NCBI GenBank assembly: GCA_050953065.1 | Contig: JBMNLZ010000001.1 | Location: forward strand, 32,001-96,000 | Direction of reading: 5' to 3' | Length of the DNA stretch: 64,000 nucleotides | Source of the DNA: Bacilli bacterium | GTDB taxonomy: Bacteria; Bacillota_I; Bacilli_A; ML615J-28; CAG-698 | Shown: piece after piece, positions 19,603 to 28,077 of the stretch | Position numbering within the stretch: position 1 is the stretch's first letter | Layout: each line of letters opens with the position of its first letter | Position numbers and translations under genes: made by a program | The notes under the pieces: model-generated | The model's input: the letters and a program-made list of their open reading frames with translations, nothing else | Databases searched by the model: none | What the model was told of the DNA's origin: nothing

Positions 19603-20859
19603 ATGAATCCTTTAGATAAAAGAGTTAACTATATTGAAAAGATAGTTCCAAATTCACTAACGATTTTGTTTTCTGGAACGGATCTTATAAGATCTGGAGA
19701 CCAATATTTTCCGTTTGAAGCTGATAAGAACTTTTATTATATGACTGCAATTGACCAATCTAATGTTGCTTTTGTTTTAATTAAAAAAGAAAAAGAAATA
19801 ATAGAAAAGTTATTTATCGAACGAAACGATGAAATAATGGTTAAATGGGAAGGTGCAAAGTTTACTAAAGAAGAAGCAAGTAAAATTTCTTGGATTAATG
19901 AAGTTCATTATTTAGAAGAATTTGAAAATTTTATTGAAGATTATTTAAAAATAAGTAACATTAAAACTATTTATCTTGATTTTAAAGAAAAGAAAAAGCC
20001 TGGTTATACTACAATGGCTTATGATTTTCAAAGAGAATTTGTTTTAAAACATAAGGATTCAGATATTCAAATCAAGGATTGTATGCCGATTTTTCAACAT
20101 ATTAGAATGGTTAAAGCCTCTGATGAAATTGAGCATATTAAAGAAAGCATTGAACATACTAGACTTGGTATTGAATTTATGATGGCGAATTGTAAAAAAG
20201 ATATGTATGAATATCAACTTGCGAGTTTTTTTGATTTTTCAATAATATATAATGGAAATAAAAAAGTTGCATTTCCTTCTGTTGTTGCTGGTGGTAAAAA
20301 TGCTACTGTCCTACATTATTCAAAAAAAGATGCAATACTAAATAAAAAAGATTTGGTTTTGGTTGATGTTGGTTGCCAAACTAATTATTATTGTAGTGAT
20401 ATTACTAGAACTTTTCCAGTTTCTGGTAGATTTACTAAAAGGCAGCGTGATATTTATGAGGAAGTGCTTTTAGTTAATAATATGTGTATAGCATCAGCTA
20501 TTAAAGGAACTACTTTAACTGAATTAAATAATTACGCAACAGAATTATTGATTAGAGCTTGTTATAGGTTAAAGTTAATTGCTAAGGATGAGGAAATTAG
20601 AAAATATTATTGGCATAACGTATCTCATTTTCTTGGGCTTGATACTCATGATGTAGGGTTTAAAGATATGCCTTTACAACCTGGTCATGTAATAACTATA
20701 GAACCAGGACTATATATTGAAGAAGAAAACATTGGAATTAGAATTGAAGATAATATCTTAATTACTGAAGCGGCTCCGATTAATTTGAGTGCTAATATCA
20801 TAAAAGAACCTATAGATATAATAAAATATATGAGAAGCAATAAAGATAGGCTAATTTAA
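19603..20859 (+). CDS. pepP: Xaa-Pro aminopeptidase (M24B)
   Basis: LVDVG, SDITRTFP, HNVSHFLGLDTHD, TIEPGLY, GIRIED. Confidence 0.9.
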   Translation: MNPLDKRVNYIEKIVPNSLTILFSGTDLIRSGDQYFPFEADKNFYYMTAIDQSNVAFVLIKKEKEIIEKLFIERNDEIMVKWEGAKFTKEEASKISWINEVHYLEEFENFIEDYLKISNIKTIYLDFKEKKKPGYTTMAYDFQREFVLKHKDSDIQIKDCMPIFQHIRMVKASDEIEHIKESIEHTRLGIEFMMANCKKDMYEYQLASFFDFSIIYNGNKKVAFPSVVAGGKNATVLHYSKKDAILNKKDLVLVDVGCQTNYYCSDITRTFPVSGRFTKRQRDIYEEVLLVNNMCIASAIKGTTLTELNNYATELLIRACYRLKLIAKDEEIRKYYWHNVSHFLGLDTHDVGFKDMPLQPGHVITIEPGLYIEEENIGIRIEDNILITEAAPINLSANIIKEPIDIIKYMRSNKDRLI

Positions 20860-20873
20860 TAGCCTATCTTTTA
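20842..20873 (+). terminator. Intrinsic terminator after pepP
   Basis: AAAGATAGGCTA / TAGCCTATCTTT hairpin followed by T. Confidence 0.8.
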
Positions 20874-20939
20874 TTGATGATATTTCCTTAAAAACTTTTT
20901 AAAATATATAGAAAAAAATGTGGTTTTTATATTTTTTCT

Positions 20940-20967
20940 TTGACATTATATAAAAAAATGTTATAAT
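20940..20967 (+). promoter_or_regulatory. Strong sigma-A promoter of tRNA-Cys
   Basis: TTGACA-16-TATAAT with extended TG. Confidence 0.75.
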
Positions 20968-20980
20968 GTTTTAGTATGGT

Positions 20981-21055
20981 GGCTCCATGGCCAAGTGGCT
21001 AAGGCAAGAGTCTGCAACACTCTGACCGTTGGTTCAAATCCGACTGGAGCCTCCA
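20981..21055 (+). tRNA. tRNA-Cys(GCA)
   Basis: GGCTCCA/TGGAGCC acceptor stem, AGAGT-CT-GCA-AC-ACTCT anticodon arm, GGTTCAAATCC, TCCA end. Confidence 0.95.
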
Positions 21056-21176
21056 AACTTATCTTTTTGATTAGTAATTAATAATTGATAAAATCATTGT
21101 CTGAATTGTTTTTATTAAAAAACAATAGAAAAGATATATATAATTTGAATTTTACATATTAGTAAGGAGGGATAGT

Positions 21177-22517
21177 GTGCGTATAGACAAATTAACAATT
21201 AGAAAATTACATAATCTTTTTGATTATGATGTTAAATTTAATAAAGATCTTACAATTATTTATGGATTAAACGGAGCAGGAAAAACTACCATATTAAATA
21301 TATTGTCGTTAATATTATATGGGCAAGTTTTTAAGCTTTTTGAATATGATTTTGAAGAGATTCGCCTTTTTTATACGGATGTTGAAAGCAATAAAAAAGA
21401 TTTAATTCTAATTGTAAAAAAAGATGAAAAAATAGACTTGAAATTTGGAAAATATAACCAGACCTATGAATATTCTGAATATAGAGAAATAATTCAAGAC
21501 CCGTATATGGATGAAGTAGATATTGTGCGTTCAAGATATTCAACTGTTGAGATAGAAATATTTAAAAAATTCAAATCATTTTATTTACCTTTGAATAGAG
21601 TTGGAGTTCGCAATACATATACTAATCGCTCATTGATAAATAGAAGAATGCGTATGAACTATAGAGATGATGATATTTTGGAAAGAAATGAATTGATGCC
21701 TAAAGTCCAAGAACTCATAAAAAGATATTATATGTCTGCAATTACACAAATAAATAGAATTAACCAAGAGTTTAAAAATGATATATTAAAATCTGCTATA
21801 AATATTTCTAATGTCGATTTCCTATCTGTTTTCAGTTCCTTTCTAAAGAAGAGAGATAAAATTGATGAAATCAACAATATTAAAGAAGAGTACATAAATT
21901 TATTGATAAATACTGATGTGATTGACAAAAAAGAAAGTTCTAATTATGTTGATTTTTTTGATAATTTTATAAAAAATGTGAAGAATAGTAAGAAAGAAGA
22001 GTTTAAAAGTAAAATAGGATTAGACTTAGATCATATTTTAAAATACTATGAAATAGTAAGAATTGAAAATATTATTAAAAAATCATCTAAATATGAAGAA
22101 GAAAAAAGGAAAATCTATAAACCTCTAGCTGATTTTGTTGAGGTAATAAATGATTTTTTAGAGCAAACTGATTTTAAAAAGAATATAGAATTATCTACTA
22201 CAGGGACAATTGTTTTTAAGGATGCAAGAAAAAATGAAATTAACTTATCATATTTGTCATCAGGCGAAAAACAGCTTATAACTTTTTTTGCTAATTTATT
22301 TTTTTCTAGGGATTTAGGAGAATCGGGAATAATGCTTGTTGATGAACCAGAACTTTCATTACATTTAGTTTGGCAAAGCATGTTTGTAAAAAAGGCATTG
22401 GAATGCAATAAAAATATTCAACTAATATTAGCTACACATTCACCCGAAATTATTGGCCACTATGAAAATAAGACTTTTAAATTAGAGAGAAAAACAATAA
22501 ATGAAAACAGAACTTAA
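21177..22517 (+). CDS. ABC-type (AAA_21-like) ATPase, AriA-like sensor of a PARIS-type anti-phage system
   Basis: GLNGAGKT, long helical insert, LSSGEKQ, LVDEPELSLH, ATHS; GTG start after GGAGG; overlaps the DUF4435-like gene. Confidence 0.8.
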   Translation: MRIDKLTIRKLHNLFDYDVKFNKDLTIIYGLNGAGKTTILNILSLILYGQVFKLFEYDFEEIRLFYTDVESNKKDLILIVKKDEKIDLKFGKYNQTYEYSEYREIIQDPYMDEVDIVRSRYSTVEIEIFKKFKSFYLPLNRVGVRNTYTNRSLINRRMRMNYRDDDILERNELMPKVQELIKRYYMSAITQINRINQEFKNDILKSAINISNVDFLSVFSSFLKKRDKIDEINNIKEEYINLLINTDVIDKKESSNYVDFFDNFIKNVKNSKKEEFKSKIGLDLDHILKYYEIVRIENIIKKSSKYEEEKRKIYKPLADFVEVINDFLEQTDFKKNIELSTTGTIVFKDARKNEINLSYLSSGEKQLITFFANLFFSRDLGESGIMLVDEPELSLHLVWQSMFVKKALECNKNIQLILATHSPEIIGHYENKTFKLERKTINENRT

Positions 22518-23334
22518 TTATACTAAACAAGGTAAAAAAAATAGACCTTTGTTTTTTGATAATGATATTCATTTTTTTGTTGAAGACAAAGGTAAAGAAT
22601 ATCAATATGAAATTTTATTTGAAAAAATGTTTGGTAAAGATCTTGATTATAAAATCTTTGGACTCAATGGTAAACAAACAGTTTTAGAATATTTTAATGA
22701 AAAGGGAGAACGTTTTAATAAAGTAACAAATATATATATATTGGATTTAGATTTTGATGATTATTTTAGTAAAATATTGAAAAAGCGAAACATAATATAT
22801 CTTGAAAGATACAATATTGAGTCATATCTAATATGTGAAAATGCGATTTATGAATTTATAAGAGTGAAATTTGAAATGACAATCAAAAATACTAAAAAAA
22901 TTTTTGATTTTAATAAATGGTATACAGATATTCTTGATTCATATAAACAATTGTTTTATTTATATATTATTGTTCAGAAGAATAATCCTAAAATTGAAAA
23001 TGTAGGCGTGTCGATTGGTAAGAAAGTTAATAGAAAAAACGGTAGTGTTGACATTGATTACTATAATGAATATAATGAAATGGTTACGAAAACTTTTTCG
23101 AAAATAAATATTATTGATGAGATGGATTCTTTAGATGAAATTTATAAAAATAACTTACCAAAATTAGTATGTGGTAAACATATAATTCATTCTTTATATG
23201 TCTATTTATGCAGTAAAAAAAAGGGAAGTATAAAATTATATGGCACTAGCGAATTAAATATTTTCTTAATACGTAATGTTGATTCTGCTGAATTAGATTA
23301 TATAAAAAAGCGCATAATTTCAATTATAAATTAA
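22501..23334 (+). CDS. DUF4435/TOPRIM-like nuclease, AriB-like effector
   Basis: FFVED, GLNGK..V, ILDLDFD, YNIESY, GKH motifs; 17-nt overlap with the ATPase gene. Confidence 0.75.
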   Translation: MKTELNYTKQGKKNRPLFFDNDIHFFVEDKGKEYQYEILFEKMFGKDLDYKIFGLNGKQTVLEYFNEKGERFNKVTNIYILDLDFDDYFSKILKKRNIIYLERYNIESYLICENAIYEFIRVKFEMTIKNTKKIFDFNKWYTDILDSYKQLFYLYIIVQKNNPKIENVGVSIGKKVNRKNGSVDIDYYNEYNEMVTKTFSKINIIDEMDSLDEIYKNNLPKLVCGKHIIHSLYVYLCSKKKGSIKLYGTSELNIFLIRNVDSAELDYIKKRIISIIN

Positions 23335-23782
23335 ATTATACTTTAATGACAATTGATGAAAAAATTGCACTTTTCTATCAGTTATAACCATATAATTTGT
23401 TATGAATATAATAAATTGAAGATTTAGACGATTATAAAAAAATCAAATATTAATAAAAAGGTATAAGCTTAAGTTGCTAAAATTTTTTAATACAATAGAT
23501 ATAGTAATATATTTAAGAACGATTACTGACTTCGATTTTCTTCTAAAATGTTTTGAAAACACCATGTTTCCCCTATGATTGACAAATGTTAGTAGTTTTA
23601 CTCTGTTGTAACGGAAAAAATAATCTCTTTATGGAAAAAAGCAATTCTAAACAAATCTTACTTTAGTAATGGTCTTATAAACCAATAAAGTAATTAATAA
23701 ATTTTATAAGTCTTAGAAAAAACGCCCCTTTGAAGAAGTTAGTGGTCAAAAAGGTCCTATGCAGAAGTTTGGGGTTAAAAAA

Positions 23783-23812
23783 ACTCTATGCCAGTTGGTA
23801 TGGAGTATTTTT
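23783..23812 (+). terminator. Terminator-like hairpin in the intergenic region
   Basis: ACTCTATGCC / GGTATGGAGT stem (G-U pairs) followed by ATTTTT. Confidence 0.4.
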
Positions 23813-23856
23813 AATTGTGTATATAAAAAGTTATTAATTGTCACTAATTTCTCTAA

Positions 23857-23960
23857 AGATTCATCTTAATACAAATAAAAAGAGCTCTTTATGATATAAT
23901 TCTAGTGGTATTTTAAAATTTAGAAAGGAATTCTTTTGAAATACAATATTATAAATTAAA
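23857..23960 (+). mobile_element. Possible IS (ISL3-like) left-end remnant
   Basis: AAAAGAGCTCT...TGATATAAT...AGAAAGGAATTCTTTT: RBS-sequestering inverted repeat around an extended -10, then TTG AAA TAC AAT ATT ATA AAT TAA; no transposase remains. Confidence 0.3.
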
Positions 23961-24499
23961 GATTACCTTTTTTTGTTTTTAGGGCAATGACAAAATTATA
24001 GCATAGTAAGACCTCTTTTTTAACGAAAATAAATATTTATGAAAAACATTGGGGAGACCCCAAACATCTTTACAGGTATACCGACACCCCAAACATCTTT
24101 ATACGATCTTTCATAATTGTGAAGTGCCTTTTATTTATCTCTGAATTTTTACTGTTATTTGGTTGCTTTTATAGATTCATCTATTAATGTAATAAATAAA
24201 ACTATACTTTATCTTAGAGGAATTTAACTCCTATGAAGAAGATAGTGGTGACCACTAAGAAATTCATAGTTTGCACAAACCACTCAAATAACATAAATAT
24301 TAAATTGGTCCGTGTTTAAGGGTTTACATCACTCTAAGGATTTTTTATTATAAAGTATAATTCAATAGCGTACAAACCTATTTTTTTTTTTGAAATCGTA
24401 TAGAAGTTCAAAACAAAAAAGAATCTCTATATTAAGTTAAAGGGTTATATATTTGAAAAAATTTGATTTTGTATATGATTGAAATTTAAATAATTAGTT

Positions 24500-24567
24500 A
24501 CCGAATACATCAAAAAATAACCGATTATGTATTTTTGTTTGACTATTAAAAAAATAAAAATTATAAT
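24500..24567 (+). promoter_or_regulatory. LytTR direct-repeat binding site plus promoter of the LRS operon
   Basis: ACCGAATAC-11-ACCGATTAT (24500, 24520), 10 bp upstream of TTGACT-17-TATAAT. Confidence 0.65.
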
Positions 24568-24592
24568 AACACTATAAATAAAGGAGATTCAA

Positions 24593-25045
24593 ATGTCGTT
24601 TAAATTAAAATTTATCCATGATGATAGCGTTAATGAAACAGAAGTTATCATTAAGGCCAAATCACAAACAGAAGAAGTCAATAGAATACTTGAACTCTTA
24701 GGTGGCGAGAAACTTTCTTGCCAGTTGCTTACAGACAAGGAACTTATTGACATGAAGGACATAATAATTTTATCAAAAAGTGGACGGTTTATATCTGTAA
24801 AAACTATAAATGGTGAATATGTTATAAGTGAACCGTTATATCAAATTGAAACAAAATTAAATCCAACGTGGTTTGTTAAGATTTCACAATCAGAAATTGT
24901 TAATCTTAAATATGTTAAAAAATGGAGTTTTGAAGGTGGAGGAATAATAAAAATTGAAATGATCAATGGTATTAAGTCATATACTTCAAGGCGATATACT
25001 AAAGCAATTAGAGAAATATTAAGAGGAGGTAGACCTCTAAAATGA
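24593..25045 (+). CDS. LytTR-only transcriptional regulator (LRS, BrsR/HdrR-like)
   Basis: LYQIE..L...FVKISQSEIVNL..VK...SRRY LytTR pattern; no receiver domain. Confidence 0.88.
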   Translation: MSFKLKFIHDDSVNETEVIIKAKSQTEEVNRILELLGGEKLSCQLLTDKELIDMKDIIILSKSGRFISVKTINGEYVISEPLYQIETKLNPTWFVKISQSEIVNLKYVKKWSFEGGGIIKIEMINGIKSYTSRRYTKAIREILRGGRPLK

Positions 25046-25500
25046 AAAAAAAGATAATTATAAGAATTGTTGTAGGTTTTATTGTTGGTGCTCTAATGGG
25101 CAATTTGATTACCTTGTTTGTTAATCTAGGTTATGGAGAAGAAGTAAGTATAGTCTCTCCTCATCAAGCAGAGGCTTTGGGAGTTGCATTAGCAATTACT
25201 ATTCAAACAATATTGTCAGGATTACTTGGTGTAATAGGAATTGGTGGGCTTAGTTTTTATGATATTGATTCATGGAGTTTGCTAAAAGCAACTGTAGCAC
25301 ATTCTATGACCATACTTGTTGGATTTATTGTTGTATTTACGGTGCTTCAATGGGTTCCATTTACATTTGTAAGTTGTTTGGTAATTGCAATAGTCGTTAT
25401 TGTTGTGTATGCATTAATTTGGGGAATAATGTATTTAGCATGGGAAAAAGAAGTTAAAAAAATGAATGAAGATTTAAAAATTTATAATGAAATTGAATAA
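25042..25500 (+). CDS. DUF3021-like membrane inhibitor of the LRS (BrsM-like)
   Basis: 4 TM helices, FY.ID.WSLLKATV.H, Y.LIW, VKKMN..L; ATGA overlap with the LytTR gene. Confidence 0.8.
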   Translation: MKKKIIIRIVVGFIVGALMGNLITLFVNLGYGEEVSIVSPHQAEALGVALAITIQTILSGLLGVIGIGGLSFYDIDSWSLLKATVAHSMTILVGFIVVFTVLQWVPFTFVSCLVIAIVVIVVYALIWGIMYLAWEKEVKKMNEDLKIYNEIE

Positions 25501-25522
25501 AAATAATTAAATAGGAGGTAAT

Positions 25523-28009
25523 ATGAAAAAAACAATTAGAATTTTAGGAGTGTTTATGCTCCTTTTATTTGTGGCATTTTTTGCATACGGATGTAAGCAA
25601 CAATTAAAAATTTCATTAGATACTAATGAAGTTGTTCTTGCAACAGGTGCAGAAATTCAAGTAGATGTAATAAGTAAAATTACTGGAGATATCACTTGGG
25701 CAACAGAAGATGAAAGTGTTGCTACTGTAGTAGATGGTAAAATTGTAGCCGTAAGTGAAGGAGAAACTTTCATTATTGTTTCAAGTGGTGGTAATAAAAT
25801 AAGAATTAAAGTAACAGTAGGTGAAGTGTTTACCATTACTTGGCTAAATTATAATGAAGAAGTTTTAGAAATAGATGAAAATGTTCTAAAAGGAACGCTT
25901 CCTTCATATGATGGAGAAACTCCAAAAAGGGGAGATTATACATTTATTGGTTGGGATCCTGAAGTAGTAGAAGTAACAGAGGATGCTACATATATTGCTC
26001 AATTTTCAGGTGTTAGAGTTTTGAAAGCAACTTGGAAAAATTGGGATGGTACGTTACTTTATGTAGATCATCAAGTAGAATATGATACTACACCAAGATT
26101 TAAAGGAAATGCTCCAACTAGAGAATCTGATGATTATTATGATTATATGTTTATAGGATGGTCTCCAGCTTTAGGACCTATCAAAGCAAATACTACTTAT
26201 ACCGCTCAATTTGCGGGAATAAAAAAAATCTTTAAAGTTACATGGCAAGATCCATGGGGTGGAATTTTAAAAGTTGATGAAGGAGTAGAAGCTGGTACTT
26301 ATGCTGATTATAGTGGGGCTATACCAACTGTGCCTGATCATCTTAATCCAGATGGAAACAAAAAATTTTATGGTTGGTGGCCAAATCCAAACAGCATTAA
26401 AATATTAACGGATACAACTTTTACAGCACAGTTTCGTGAAGTTCATACTGTTACATGGCTTAACAACGGTCAAGTGATAAAAACTGATGAAGTTTTTAAA
26501 GGAGATATGCCTGTATATAATGGAAATGAACCTACGATACCAAGGGATACTAAGTATTTTTATACTTTTAAAGCTTGGTCTCCTACTATAGAAAAGGTTA
26601 GTACTTATGATGTGGAATATGAGGCAACATATGATTGTTTTTCTGATCCAAGTCAAGAATTTGAATTTGGAGAACCTTATCATGGAACTTATGGATATTG
26701 TATAGTAGATTATAAATTGAAAGAAACTGGAGAAGAAGTAGTTATTCCACTTTGGTATGATGGAATAAGGGTTACTGAAATTGGACCATGTGCTTTTCAA
26801 AATTCTGAAAAATTAAAAACCGTTATTTTTTCAAATAATATTAAATATAGTTGGACTAGTGCTTTTGAAGGTTGTCAAGCTCTTACAAATGTTACTTTTG
26901 GTGATGGAATGACAGTGATTTTTGAGGCTATGTTTAAAGATTGTACAGGTTTGGTTACTATAGATATACCTGAATCAATTGAAGTGATTGAGATGAATGC
27001 GTTTAAAGGGTGTACTAATCTAACAACTGTAAACTTTTCAGAAGGGCTTGAAAAAATTCAATGGGGAGCTTTTGAAGATTGTAAAAAGTTAGAATATATA
27101 GATTTACCAAATACACTTGAAATAATATCTGCTTGTGCATTTAATAATTGTATAGGATTAGAAGACATCTTTTTTGCTGAAAATGGCAATTTAAAATACA
27201 TTAATTCCTACGCATTTTATGGATGTACTAGTTTACTTAAGATTGAAATTCCATCTTCAGTTGAATCAATATGGCTTTGTGCTTTTAGAGAATGTAGTAA
27301 CTTAGCACTAATTACATTTAATGAAGGACTTAAATACTTGGGTGATTATGTCTTTGCAGATTGTGAAAATTTAAAAAATTTTGAATTGCCAAGTACACTT
27401 CTACACATTGGTGATTATGCTTTTTTAAAGTGTAGATTGATAACAAGGCTTCTAATTCCAGAGAATGTTAATAAAATAGGAGTAAATCCTTTTGATGGAT
27501 GTAGAGGAATTGAAGAGATTCGTGTAGAGATTTTAAATGAATACTATGAATCTAATTCATGTGATGCAATTATTGAATCTGCTACAAATAAATTAATAGT
27601 TGCTTGTAAATCAACTGAAATTCCTAATTATGTAGAAATAATAGCATCATATGCTTTTTCTAATATGAATATAAATAAAACGATAGTGATACCAGAAAGT
27701 GTTAGAAAAATTGAATCTTTTGCATTTTATTTTTGTCATGAACTTCCACATTATAACTTTACAAAACATGATAATGAAAATCCAAGGCCGCATGAAGAAA
27801 TGTGTGTAAATTCAATTTATGTACCAAATACAGTGGAAACTATTGAAACTAGTGCTTTTGTTTTTGATGACTTGTTTTGTGCTGATGGATATACAATCCT
27901 TTATTCAATTTTCTGTGTTCATACTAATGCTACTTATGCAGCTAAAATGGATACATGGCTTGGATTAACAGATCCTTACAAAGGCTTTTTTTTCCATTGG
28001 GCTGATTAA
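25523..28009 (+). CDS. Surface lipoprotein: Ig-like (Big_2), 4 InlB-B/Flg_new-like repeats and BspA-type leucine-rich repeats
   Basis: Lipobox AYGC; TW.N..G...F.GW.P...TY.AQF repeats; IP..V..I...AF..C..L LRR_5 units. Confidence 0.85.
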   Translation: MKKTIRILGVFMLLLFVAFFAYGCKQQLKISLDTNEVVLATGAEIQVDVISKITGDITWATEDESVATVVDGKIVAVSEGETFIIVSSGGNKIRIKVTVGEVFTITWLNYNEEVLEIDENVLKGTLPSYDGETPKRGDYTFIGWDPEVVEVTEDATYIAQFSGVRVLKATWKNWDGTLLYVDHQVEYDTTPRFKGNAPTRESDDYYDYMFIGWSPALGPIKANTTYTAQFAGIKKIFKVTWQDPWGGILKVDEGVEAGTYADYSGAIPTVPDHLNPDGNKKFYGWWPNPNSIKILTDTTFTAQFREVHTVTWLNNGQVIKTDEVFKGDMPVYNGNEPTIPRDTKYFYTFKAWSPTIEKVSTYDVEYEATYDCFSDPSQEFEFGEPYHGTYGYCIVDYKLKETGEEVVIPLWYDGIRVTEIGPCAFQNSEKLKTVIFSNNIKYSWTSAFEGCQALTNVTFGDGMTVIFEAMFKDCTGLVTIDIPESIEVIEMNAFKGCTNLTTVNFSEGLEKIQWGAFEDCKKLEYIDLPNTLEIISACAFNNCIGLEDIFFAENGNLKYINSYAFYGCTSLLKIEIPSSVESIWLCAFRECSNLALITFNEGLKYLGDYVFADCENLKNFELPSTLLHIGDYAFLKCRLITRLLIPENVNKIGVNPFDGCRGIEEIRVEILNEYYESNSCDAIIESATNKLIVACKSTEIPNYVEIIASYAFSNMNINKTIVIPESVRKIESFAFYFCHELPHYNFTKHDNENPRPHEEMCVNSIYVPNTVETIETSAFVFDDLFCADGYTILYSIFCVHTNATYAAKMDTWLGLTDPYKGFFFHWAD

Positions 28010-28077
28010 AAGTTATCAATATTTGATTATAAATTAATATGATTTAGTAGATATATATTTGAAAAAGGAGATTTTTA

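Larger units (their letters stand above)
23728..24297. repeat. Dispersed 19-bp bipartite motif (about CTATGAA-N5-TWGKGGT), 7 clear and 1 degenerate copies in both orientations
   Basis: Plus-strand copies 23728, 23757, 24037, 24231; minus-strand copies 24057, 24086, 24251 and degenerate 24279; two head-to-head pairs form 39-bp palindromes. Confidence 0.75.

Noticed and set aside
21050-21068. tRNA-Cys 3' end as another copy of the 19-bp motif (minus strand AAAAAGA-taagt-TTGGAGG)
   Set aside because: Only the spacer and box2 resemble the consensus; box1 does not match, so it may be chance.
24037-24269. Canonical integron attC sites or serine-integrase att sites
   Set aside because: No RYYYAAC/GTTRRRY cores and no intI; the palindromes centre on a single base rather than a dinucleotide. 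Kept only as an analogy.
23335-24592. CRISPR array in the long intergenic region
   Set aside because: Repeats are degenerate, in both orientations and separated by 1-10 bp or more than 100 bp rather than by uniform spacers; no cas genes in the window.
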